From positions 1,284 to 41,225 of the forward strand of contig JBBIGR010000044.1 of the NCBI GenBank assembly GCA_037447435.1: a stretch of 39,942 nt of DNA, in the 5' to 3' direction. The notes beneath the pieces are model-generated. The model was not told where the DNA came from. It made no database searches and saw nothing but the letters and a program-made list of their open reading frames with translations. This document shows positions 28,101 to 36,174 of the stretch, one piece after another (positions within the stretch are counted from its first letter, which is position 1; each line of letters starts with the position of its first letter). Position numbers and translations under genes: made by a program. This DNA comes from Fibrobacteria bacterium. Lineage in GTDB: Bacteria; Fibrobacterota; Chitinivibrionia; Chitinivibrionales; FEN-1185.

Positions 28101-28291
28101 GCATTTTTCGCTATTTTTTTTTCACTGCCCGTTATTTTCCCACTGCCATTGCTAGGTTTTATTGCCTGGCACTACCCTCTTCTCCCCTGGGAAATATTTG
28201 ACTTTGCAGGCATTGCGGGACGATATTAACAAGGGGAGGAAAACAAATTGCAAGAAAAAGCTGAAATTAAAATTGACACAAAAACAGTAAC

Positions 28292-28319
28292 GGAGATTAC
28301 CGGCATGCCGGCAATCTCC
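28292..28319 (-). terminator. Hairpin terminator
   Basis: Near-palindrome ggagattaccggcatgccggcaatctcc downstream of the minus-strand gene. Confidence 0.6.
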
Positions 28320-28337
28320 TGTTTGTAAATATTTCGG

Positions 28338-28901
28338 TTATTGGGCGGAAGCGATAGGGTCCATAGTTTCTTTGCTCTTTATAATCGCGTAACCGAGCAG
28401 GCAAGACACCGCATATCCTCCTTTACCGGAGGCAACCGCCACGTTGAGCGGAATGCCGACACCGTGGTAATTGAATGTTTTGCCAAGGGCCAAAACAATT
28501 GAAGAACTTATTACCGGATATCCGAAAACCACATTGGGACCGATGCCGAATTCGATACCGTTTTGCAACCTGATTCCCAAAGGAATCGTTACGGAAGGAA
28601 TCGCGAGCCCATATTCCAATCCGCCGATAAGCGGCACGACCTCTATGACAAATGAGGGCGTATTCCCGTCGGGCGCCACCTGATATTCAAAATGCCAACC
28701 GAATTCGCTGTATGCTTTCGAAATACCGTGCTCTTGCAATGTAAGAGCAAAATCTCCGCTGCCGACCGGACTTGTCATACCGAATCGAGGCCCGCTGATA
28801 TTCATTCGTGACACGGAAAATGTATTTAAAGTGTCCGGCTTTGCCGTTGATCCAAAAAAAAGAAACGCAATCGCTATTAAAACCAGTTTACTCTTTTGCA
28901 T
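28338..28901 (-). CDS. Hypothetical exported protein, possibly a small outer-membrane beta-barrel
   Basis: Start MQKSK at 28901 (SD gggag), signal peptide, Gly/aromatic alternating strands (SGPRFG, FGWHFEY, EFGIGPN). Confidence 0.7.
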   Translation of the reverse strand: MQKSKLVLIAIAFLFFGSTAKPDTLNTFSVSRMNISGPRFGMTSPVGSGDFALTLQEHGISKAYSEFGWHFEYQVAPDGNTPSFVIEVVPLIGGLEYGLAIPSVTIPLGIRLQNGIEFGIGPNVVFGYPVISSSIVLALGKTFNYHGVGIPLNVAVASGKGGYAVSCLLGYAIIKSKETMDPIASAQ

Positions 28902-28936
28902 AAAACTCCCTTGAAAAGTGTGGTACCCATAGAGAT

Positions 28937-28952
28937 TGCAAGGGGTATGCCG
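28937..28952 (-). promoter_or_regulatory. Putative sigma54 promoter
   Basis: Minus strand cGGcataccccttGCa has GG-N10-GC spacing, 36 bp upstream of ATG 28901. Confidence 0.55.
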
Positions 28953-29083
28953 CATCAAAAATGCCTAATTTCGCTGTTTTTTCGATGTTTTACATAGTTT
29001 AAACCGCAATTTTGCAACCGCAGCTTGAGCAAAAGTCGCATTAACGCAGTCTTTATCAAAAAGCGATGACTTATTTTATCGCC

Positions 29084-29521
29084 ATGAGGTTATGGTCGTT
29101 ACATCCACGGTATCTTGATACCAAAGGGTTAGTCGCCTTGTGGCGTGAAGCGCTGTTGGCAAAACATGTTCTTGAAGGTAAAACAAAGGGCTATAGAAAT
29201 CATCCGCAGCTTATTCGTTTTAAAAATTCCCCGTTTCCTCTTGACGCTATGAACTATTATTTGAAAGCGGTTTTCGAAGAATCGTTGCTTCGCGGCTATC
29301 ATTTCGATAATTCGAAATTCACACAAATAAAATCGCCGGTTTCCCTAACGACAACCACGGGGCAAATCGACTTTGAGGCCGCTCATTTGCTTGCGAAATT
29401 AAAAAAGCGCGACCATCCGAAGTATGCGGCTTTTTTAAAGAATTCCGTTGTTGAGCCGCATCCGCTTTTTACCGTTATTCCGGGCGATGTTGAAGCGTGG
29501 GAAAAAACAGCCCAAGATTGA
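29084..29521 (+). CDS. Pyrimidine dimer DNA glycosylase/endonuclease V family protein
   Basis: MRLWSLHPRYLDTKGLVALWREALLAK..L.G.TKGYRNHPQLIRF. Confidence 0.9.
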   Translation: MRLWSLHPRYLDTKGLVALWREALLAKHVLEGKTKGYRNHPQLIRFKNSPFPLDAMNYYLKAVFEESLLRGYHFDNSKFTQIKSPVSLTTTTGQIDFEAAHLLAKLKKRDHPKYAAFLKNSVVEPHPLFTVIPGDVEAWEKTAQD

Positions 29522-29542
29522 AAAACGAATTCCTGTCTTGCG

Positions 29543-30841
29543 TTATTCTTCAAACGGATTTCGGCAATATTCAAGCGGCGGCCTGACGAAATAAAATAAC
29601 AGCTTGACAAATTGATTCGACAGCCTTCCCGAGAACCGCATAAAGCAAATCATATTTTCCGGGACCGCGCCAGCCGAACTTTTCATCGCAGCGGACGTCC
29701 GTCCGGTATTGATCCTGAAACAATTCGACGCGATTGCGGCTTTTATATCGTCGAACAGGAAGTTCTGATACAATTCGAACGTTTTATTCAACTCATACGA
29801 CAATCCGTGCGTGTAACCTTCCATTTGCCCGTTGTTGAAAATCCGCGTCGTAAATCCGATCATGGTATCCCCCATAAAATACCCGTCGCAGACAAACCGC
29901 TCGCCCAACCGCCGCTTGAGCGAAACGAAATAGTCCATGTTCAAGACAAACAGCTTGTATTTTGATTTGTCTACAACGTTGCAATAGAGCGAAAACAACT
30001 CCTTTTTCCGGGATTCGATTTCGTCGGCGTCCAAAGTCCGTTTCGTCGCACCCGCGCCTTTTTTAATCGCAGACAATGTCCTTTTGCGATATTTCGATTT
30101 CATGCAAGACAGATAATCGTCGAAGGTTTTCCAATATTCCCGCATCGGAACAACCATATTGGGCCCGGCATCGAACCCGTAAAAACCAAACCGTGAAAAA
30201 ATTTCGGTAGAATGCTTTTTTTGGGCATAAAAATCTTTTATCAAGGTGACGGCAATTCCCTGCTTCACTGATTTTCGTATCGAATACGCGGCTTCAAGTA
30301 TTCCCAACAAGGCCACGCTTTCCTCTATGCCCCGGTAAGAAAATCCGTGTTCGCCGCTTAAGAGCGCGTTCCCGCAAACAAGGACCCGATGCGAAATAGC
30401 GTTTGACAATTTCCCATGAATCGTATCGAGGAATGTCCGTTTTTTAGCCGCAGCCATGCGCCTGGCGGACAAATGCACGCGAGGATCCAATTGCAAAATT
30501 TGAAAATACGCGATTGCGACGGGTTTTGGGATTTCTCCTCCGTCGGGCGATGGACCTTCTTTATAAAACACGACATAGCGATATTGCATGGTGTCCGGAG
30601 ACGATTCTTCGAGGGCCGTAAGATACTGATGCGACAGAAAAAGATCTGCCGACGCGCCGTTGTGCCAAAGATCTCGCGGAATTTTTGTTATCGATTCATA
30701 AATCGTAAAGGTCAATCCCGATGACGCGGGCTTCCCCGTCACTCTGTGATAATGATTGGCCCAACGCAATTTAACTTTGTTGCGAAAGCCGGTATGCGCC
30801 GCTAAAAACCGGCCGACCGCGTTATCGAAGGACGCCTTCAT
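29543..30841 (-). CDS. Tandem GNAT/FemAB-like acyltransferase
   Basis: LFLSHQYLTALE, LVCGNALLSGEHG, WKTFDDYL..MKSKYRKR, GL.YELN...LYQN and GRTS...K motifs. Confidence 0.8.
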   Translation of the reverse strand: MKASFDNAVGRFLAAHTGFRNKVKLRWANHYHRVTGKPASSGLTFTIYESITKIPRDLWHNGASADLFLSHQYLTALEESSPDTMQYRYVVFYKEGPSPDGGEIPKPVAIAYFQILQLDPRVHLSARRMAAAKKRTFLDTIHGKLSNAISHRVLVCGNALLSGEHGFSYRGIEESVALLGILEAAYSIRKSVKQGIAVTLIKDFYAQKKHSTEIFSRFGFYGFDAGPNMVVPMREYWKTFDDYLSCMKSKYRKRTLSAIKKGAGATKRTLDADEIESRKKELFSLYCNVVDKSKYKLFVLNMDYFVSLKRRLGERFVCDGYFMGDTMIGFTTRIFNNGQMEGYTHGLSYELNKTFELYQNFLFDDIKAAIASNCFRINTGRTSAAMKSSAGAVPENMICFMRFSGRLSNQFVKLLFYFVRPPLEYCRNPFEE

Positions 30842-31296
30842 TTGCTATACAATAAGACCTTTCCGTTACTCAATGAATACGGCATCAATCTTTTAAACCC
30901 GTTTCGCCGGTAAAAACGTTCCGCGTCGCTGTTGGCCTTTGTTAACAACAACTTTCCCCGGCATCCGGCCTGCACGCAGCGGTTTTCGAACTCCGTGAAA
31001 AGGGTTTGGCCTATTCCCTGCCCCTGATACGCGTCGTGGACGAAAAGCTGGTCGACAAAATAGAATTTTGAAAGAACCGGGACCTTGTATCCGGTTATGA
31101 ACCCGACCGCTTTAGATTTTTTCTTTGCGACAAGCCCGATAAAACCTTTTTTAGCCATGGACCTTTTAATGACGATTAGTATTTTTTTATAGTCCCATCT
31201 CTCGTTCCAGGGACTTTGATAAAAAACGGTTTGAAACATTTCGCAATATGCCGGAACATCCTGGGAAAGTATTGCAGAAATTTCCGTACTTTCCAT
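30838..31296 (-). CDS. GNAT family N-acetyltransferase
   Basis: LFVHDAYQGQGIGQTL and AERFYRRNGF motifs. Confidence 0.9.
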   Translation of the reverse strand: MESTEISAILSQDVPAYCEMFQTVFYQSPWNERWDYKKILIVIKRSMAKKGFIGLVAKKKSKAVGFITGYKVPVLSKFYFVDQLFVHDAYQGQGIGQTLFTEFENRCVQAGCRGKLLLTKANSDAERFYRRNGFKRLMPYSLSNGKVLLYSK

Positions 31297-31311
31297 GATT
31301 TAATCCTTCCT

Positions 31312-32043
31312 TCAATATCCTGCGATAATACTTTTAATCGCTTCCAAATAGGACTTTTGCGAAACGTCGTGCCCGGCATTTTTTACGATCATCGACACGC
31401 TGCAATCAAATGCGGATTTCCTCTGTTCTATTATTGCTTCATTTATCAAGAAACTGTCATGAGCGCCGTATAAGAACACGAAACATCGCCCTTTGTTATG
31501 CAAATACGACAAGGAATCCAAAGATTTGTCGCTCACCAGGTTAAAGATCTGCTTGAAAGGGAATATCTGATATTGTCTGTCTTCTTTAAAAAGCGGCGAC
31601 AGGGAACAAAGCAGTATCTGGTCCGAATGAATCGTTTCCGATACCTCGTAGGCGATAATCGCGCCGAACGAAAAGCCGAATAAATACAAATGCGAAGACG
31701 GGAACGACGTTCGCAACGCGGAAGAAATCTCTTCGGAAATATGCGTCAAGTCCCGAAACCCGACTTTTTTCCAATCCACCGAAACATATACCGGCGTTAT
31801 GCCCTTTTTCGCATAGTATTCTCCGATTGCACGATATTGCGGCTTTGTCACTTTTTGCCCCATGCCGGGAACGATAACGGCGATCTTTTCACGCGGTAAT
31901 GCGGTATCATATTGGAATGAATAAGACGGCGTTTCGGCATTTTCTTTCTTTTCGATGGGAGGTCCGCTAAAACATCCGCATGCGCATACGGCGAGATAGA
32001 CAATCGAAATGTAAATCGGCACGAATCGCATTCTATTCTTCAA
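31312..32043 (-). CDS. Exported alpha/beta hydrolase
   Basis: Signal/lipoprotein-like N-terminus; GFSFGA elbow, YGAHD and AGHD. Confidence 0.8.
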   Translation of the reverse strand: MKNRMRFVPIYISIVYLAVCACGCFSGPPIEKKENAETPSYSFQYDTALPREKIAVIVPGMGQKVTKPQYRAIGEYYAKKGITPVYVSVDWKKVGFRDLTHISEEISSALRTSFPSSHLYLFGFSFGAIIAYEVSETIHSDQILLCSLSPLFKEDRQYQIFPFKQIFNLVSDKSLDSLSYLHNKGRCFVFLYGAHDSFLINEAIIEQRKSAFDCSVSMIVKNAGHDVSQKSYLEAIKSIIAGY

Positions 32044-32097
32044 TTGCAGCCCTTCACTTATTTAACAAATCTAAATGCTTGAACGCGTTTTTGAGAT

Positions 32098-32125
32098 GTA
32101 GAGACGCGGCGCGCGACGTCTCTAC
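32098..32125. repeat. GTAG-family REP-like palindrome
   Basis: gtagagacg-cggcgcgcga-cgtctctac in an intergenic position. Confidence 0.7.
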
Positions 32126-32136
32126 CGTAACGTATC

Positions 32137-32601
32137 TCAATTGCCGGCATCCCGGGGTTTTGCATCTTCGAATTTTCCGGTTTCACGAAGATAATCTTCA
32201 AAATCCTTTTTACCGCGAACTTTCCAGTATTCGCGATAATGGAACCAGTTCCTTCCCATTTGTCCAAAATCATGCGACGGGTCCCAATCTTCTCTGCCGC
32301 CCCATAAACCCATGCCGTGATGCCTTCTCGCATGCGCAAAAGCCCGATGATGGCGTTTATGTCCGTGGCCCAGCCCGCCGAAAAGGAGCTTTGCAAGTAT
32401 GAGTATGCCGAATGCCTGCCAATAGGTTATCGGTTTTAATCCGAACAAATTGGGCATCAGCCAATTCCATAAAAGCATGACCAGCCAGCCGAACGCAAGC
32501 GCAAAAACCGAGGCGAAAACAAGGCCGCCAACGACCAATCCCACCACTCTAAATAACCGCCACGGCCTTCGATCGCCGCAGTACATATGTTGATTATCCA
32601 T
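32137..32601 (-). CDS. Hypothetical membrane protein downstream of the ECF sigma factor
   Basis: VMLLWNWLMP.LFGLK.ITYWQAFGIL.L.KLLFGG motif and a His/Arg-rich tail. Confidence 0.8.
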   Translation of the reverse strand: MDNQHMYCGDRRPWRLFRVVGLVVGGLVFASVFALAFGWLVMLLWNWLMPNLFGLKPITYWQAFGILILAKLLFGGLGHGHKRHHRAFAHARRHHGMGLWGGREDWDPSHDFGQMGRNWFHYREYWKVRGKKDFEDYLRETGKFEDAKPRDAGN

Positions 32602-32604
32602 AAT

Positions 32605-33183
32605 TCATGTCCTTTCTGTTTTTATGAGTAACGAATATTTTTCTGTATCGATTTCACATAGTTTTTCCCGAATCATTTTCATCGCGCGGGATTTGCGGGC
32701 CAGTAAAGTGCCTATAGGTACACCCCACTGCTCGCTGATATCCTTAAATGCCAAGCCGTTCACCTCTGTTTCGATAAAAATGTCGCGGGACTTGTCGTCC
32801 AATGCGTTGACGGCTTCTTCAATATCGTGAATCGTTTCCTTGCGCACCAATTCCGTTGCCGCATCGTTGTTTAAATCCATGAGTATATCGGCAAGCACAA
32901 GCCCGGTGTCGCCCGGAAGCGGCGCATCCAAGCTTTCCTTTTCTCGCCGACTCCGTAATTTATCGATAACCCTATTTCTGAGCGCCTGATACACATAGGC
33001 AGAGAAGTTTTCGATAGGGCCCATGATGTCCGCATTGTTGAAAAGCCCTAAAGCAACATCCTGTACGATATCTTCACCCTCACGGTCGGCAGCGTCGTCG
33101 ATAAGGCTTCGCACATATGCCACAAGCCTGTTGCGTTCTTTCGAAAAAAACTCGGTCCAGGATACTTTTTGTTTTTTTGTCAT
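32605..33183 (-). CDS. ECF-type RNA polymerase sigma factor
   Basis: Region 2 EDIVQDV...AYVYQALRNRVID and region 4 GLAFKDISEQWGVPIGTLLARKSRA. Confidence 0.9.
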   Translation of the reverse strand: MTKKQKVSWTEFFSKERNRLVAYVRSLIDDAADREGEDIVQDVALGLFNNADIMGPIENFSAYVYQALRNRVIDKLRSRREKESLDAPLPGDTGLVLADILMDLNNDAATELVRKETIHDIEEAVNALDDKSRDIFIETEVNGLAFKDISEQWGVPIGTLLARKSRAMKMIREKLCEIDTEKYSLLIKTERT

Positions 33184-33255
33184 AAAATTAAGATCGTTTC
33201 GTACAAATACCCCTTGTATGATATGTAAGACGCAGTCAACGCACATTTATTGCAA

Positions 33256-34008
33256 TTACAATGAATGATCGCAAAAATAGTCCATAGCCTTTTTTAAAAA
33301 ATCCGTCAGTCCCGGTTTATGCGCATCATAATAAGCCCTGAACTCGGGACTTTGGGTATACATAGTCCCGAGCCCGCGGTATAAATCCCTTGGCGCAGGA
33401 TAAAAATTCTCTATCCAATCGTGATGTCGTTTGATAATGGCCTGTACGACATCATCTTGGGGCGCAATGTCCACGTACGCCGCAAGGTCCTTTGCGATCT
33501 GCACTCCTTCCGCGCGAACCAATGCCCATTTGTCCTTAGACATTTTCCTGATCCGCCGCTCCGTCTTTTCGACGAAATCTTTCCCGTACGATTTCCTCGC
33601 TTCGAGAGCATAGCGCGTTGCCTGGTCCTTCGAGAATCCTTCATATAATTCTTCATCGGCGAGCATCGGTTTTTCTCCTTTGATGTGCCGCAGGGTTTTA
33701 TCGATGGTCTGTTGGAGACGCTGCAAACGATCGATTTCTTTCTGCAACATTTTTTTATGGCTCTTCAAGGCATTGACTTTATTGAAACGCGGGTTATGAA
33801 CGATTGTTTGGATTTCCTCCAAAGGGACATCAAGCTCCCGATAAAACAAAATCTGTTGCAGCTTCAACAGTTCCTGTTCCCCGTAAATCCGATATCCGGC
33901 TTCGGATCTTTTGGCCGGACGCAACAACCCGATTTCATCATAGTAGTGAAGTGTCCTGACACTCACCTCGGCCACCTTAGCCAACTCACGAACCGTATAG
34001 TGCTTCAT
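33256..34008 (-). CDS. MerR family regulator with TipAS domain (TipA/Mta-like)
   Basis: YTVRELAKVAEVSVRTLHYYDEIGLL HTH; C-terminal GLGTMY...EFRAYYD...GL.DFL. Confidence 0.93.
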   Translation of the reverse strand: MKHYTVRELAKVAEVSVRTLHYYDEIGLLRPAKRSEAGYRIYGEQELLKLQQILFYRELDVPLEEIQTIVHNPRFNKVNALKSHKKMLQKEIDRLQRLQQTIDKTLRHIKGEKPMLADEELYEGFSKDQATRYALEARKSYGKDFVEKTERRIRKMSKDKWALVRAEGVQIAKDLAAYVDIAPQDDVVQAIIKRHHDWIENFYPAPRDLYRGLGTMYTQSPEFRAYYDAHKPGLTDFLKKAMDYFCDHSL

Positions 34009-34027
34009 ATATCGTCTCCTGCATATA

Positions 34028-34058
34028 AATATACGGGGTCACGTTACGTGAGGGTCAA
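34028..34058 (-). promoter_or_regulatory. MerR-type promoter with 19-bp spacer and operator palindrome
   Basis: Minus strand ttgacc-ctcacgtaacgtgaccccg(19)-tatatt; dyad tcacgt-a-acgtga lies inside the spacer. Confidence 0.85.
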
Positions 34059-34156
34059 GCGTTTTTTTATATTGCTTCCCTTTATTCGCATATTTATATT
34101 CATTTTTTCGTTACACACTAAAAAATGCTTATTCCACTTTATCAAAGGACCGTATT

Positions 34157-36163
34157 ATGCCTCAAATAGACAATACGTCCCATACAAACCTAGAACAAAG
34201 CGTACGCGACATTGATTTTGCGGCGTATATTACAAATCATAAAAAAACGAGTGGCGATTACACGAAATCACCTGCCGAATGGGAAGACGAGGTATTGTAT
34301 TTCCTCATGCTCGATCGGTTTTCCGACAACAATGAAAAAGGCTATCTCGATAATAACGGCAAGCCGGTAAAAAACGGCAGCACCATGTTGTTCGATTTTT
34401 CCAAGGATGCGTACAGCGCCGACAGAAGCACCTGGTTTAACAATGGTGCAAATTGGTGCGGCGGTACGCTTAAAGGATTGCAGTCGAAACTCGGATATAT
34501 CAAGCGCCTGGGAATCACCGCGATTTGGATTAGCCCTATTTTCAAGCAGGTAACCAAACGCTATGACGAGTGGGCAAAAACATACCAGGATGCCACTACC
34601 TATCATGGTTACGCAACGCAAAACTTCCTGGATGTCGACCCGCATTTCGGCACACGTCAGGATTTGCGCGACCTGGTCCGAGAAGCGCACAAACTCGGCA
34701 TATATGTGATCCTAGACATCGTATTAAACCACAGCGGCGATGTGTTCCAATACGCTGCCGACCGGTATTCGTTTGGTTCCGATAATAAGCCCTTGTTCGA
34801 TAAATACGGCGCCCCGCTCATGGACCCGCGATGGGACAGCGGCAAATACCCGCTCGATCCGCAAGCCGCTTTCCGCGATGAAACGGGAAAAGCGGCGTTT
34901 CCCTTGGCCCCGCTTGTGCCGGATTATCCTTCCGCCTGGCCAAACGGCGCATTGTGGCCTATAGAGCTGCAAACCATGGATGGGTTGACAAGAGAGGGTC
35001 ACATCTGTAACTGGGACAATGAACCCGAATACCTCGGCGGTGATTTTCAGGATCTCAAAGACATTCATCACGGCGATCACAATTTCGACGCAAACGGAAA
35101 CAAAATCCTCGACCAGTTCAATCCGACACCGGCATTAAAAGCCCTGTGCGATGTTTACAAATTTTGGATCGCCTTTGCCGATATAGACGGTTTCCGCATC
35201 GACACGGTGAAACATATGGAAGTCGGCGCCACGCGTTATTTCTCATCTGTCATCAGGGAGTTCGCCGAAGGTCTGGGCAAGGAAAATTACTTGTTGATCG
35301 GTGAAATCGCCGGCGGCAGGGATTTTGCCTATACGCGTTTGGAGCTTACCGGGCTCGATGCGGCACTCGGCATCAACGATGAGGCTATCAATATGGAATA
35401 CATGGTAAAAGGATATCGAAATGCCGAAGATTATTTCGATTTATTTAAAAATTCCATGCTAATCAATAAAGGTTCCCATACGTGGTTCGGCAAGCACGTG
35501 GTGACGTCATTCGACGATCACGACCGTATCGTACGGAACAAAGTCAGGTTCTGCGGCGACAAGGCGAATCGCGGTTACGAATTCCTCATTCCCGTTGTCG
35601 CGCTCAACCTGCTCAGCATGGGAATTCCGTGCCTTTACTATGGCGACGAACAGGGGTTCGACGGCAACGATGCCGCGGGCGGAAACGACCGCGTGCTTCG
35701 CGAATGCATGTTCGGGGGAATTTTCGGATCGTTGCAAAGCATGAACAGGCATTTCTTCAACGAAAACCATCCCGCCTATAAAACGATTGCCGACATTATT
35801 GCACTGCGTAAACAATACCTCATATTGAGCCGGGGAAGGCAATACCTGCGGCAAATCAGCGGCACGGGAAATGAAGGTGAATTCGGTTTTCCGCAAATGA
35901 TAGGCGGTCAATTGCGTTCCATCGTTGCCTGGTCCCGCATTTTCAACGGACAGGAAATTCTTTGCGCCATAAATACCGATCCCGATAATGCGAAAACAGC
36001 ATGGATCACCGTTGATGCGGAGTTGCATCAAAACAATGTCCCGCTCACCTGCATTTACTCAACGGATAAAACCCGGATCGGGACGAAATTCCCCTTGACT
36101 CAACGGAACGGCAAATCGGTTAATATGACTATTGAGAAGGTCGGGTTTGCAGCTTTCATGTGA
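34157..36163 (+). CDS. GH13 alpha-amylase family glycoside hydrolase
   Basis: YFLMLDRF, GGTLKG, YHGY, DIVLNH, DGFRIDTVKH, IGEI, DDHD and GIPCLYYGDEQ motifs. Confidence 0.93.
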   Translation: MPQIDNTSHTNLEQSVRDIDFAAYITNHKKTSGDYTKSPAEWEDEVLYFLMLDRFSDNNEKGYLDNNGKPVKNGSTMLFDFSKDAYSADRSTWFNNGANWCGGTLKGLQSKLGYIKRLGITAIWISPIFKQVTKRYDEWAKTYQDATTYHGYATQNFLDVDPHFGTRQDLRDLVREAHKLGIYVILDIVLNHSGDVFQYAADRYSFGSDNKPLFDKYGAPLMDPRWDSGKYPLDPQAAFRDETGKAAFPLAPLVPDYPSAWPNGALWPIELQTMDGLTREGHICNWDNEPEYLGGDFQDLKDIHHGDHNFDANGNKILDQFNPTPALKALCDVYKFWIAFADIDGFRIDTVKHMEVGATRYFSSVIREFAEGLGKENYLLIGEIAGGRDFAYTRLELTGLDAALGINDEAINMEYMVKGYRNAEDYFDLFKNSMLINKGSHTWFGKHVVTSFDDHDRIVRNKVRFCGDKANRGYEFLIPVVALNLLSMGIPCLYYGDEQGFDGNDAAGGNDRVLRECMFGGIFGSLQSMNRHFFNENHPAYKTIADIIALRKQYLILSRGRQYLRQISGTGNEGEFGFPQMIGGQLRSIVAWSRIFNGQEILCAINTDPDNAKTAWITVDAELHQNNVPLTCIYSTDKTRIGTKFPLTQRNGKSVNMTIEKVGFAAFM

Positions 36164-36174
36164 CAAAATGACCG

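Noticed and set aside
27760..28200. CRISPR array
   Set aside because: Repeats are degenerate, contiguous and partly inverted, with no unique spacers; no cas genes in the window.
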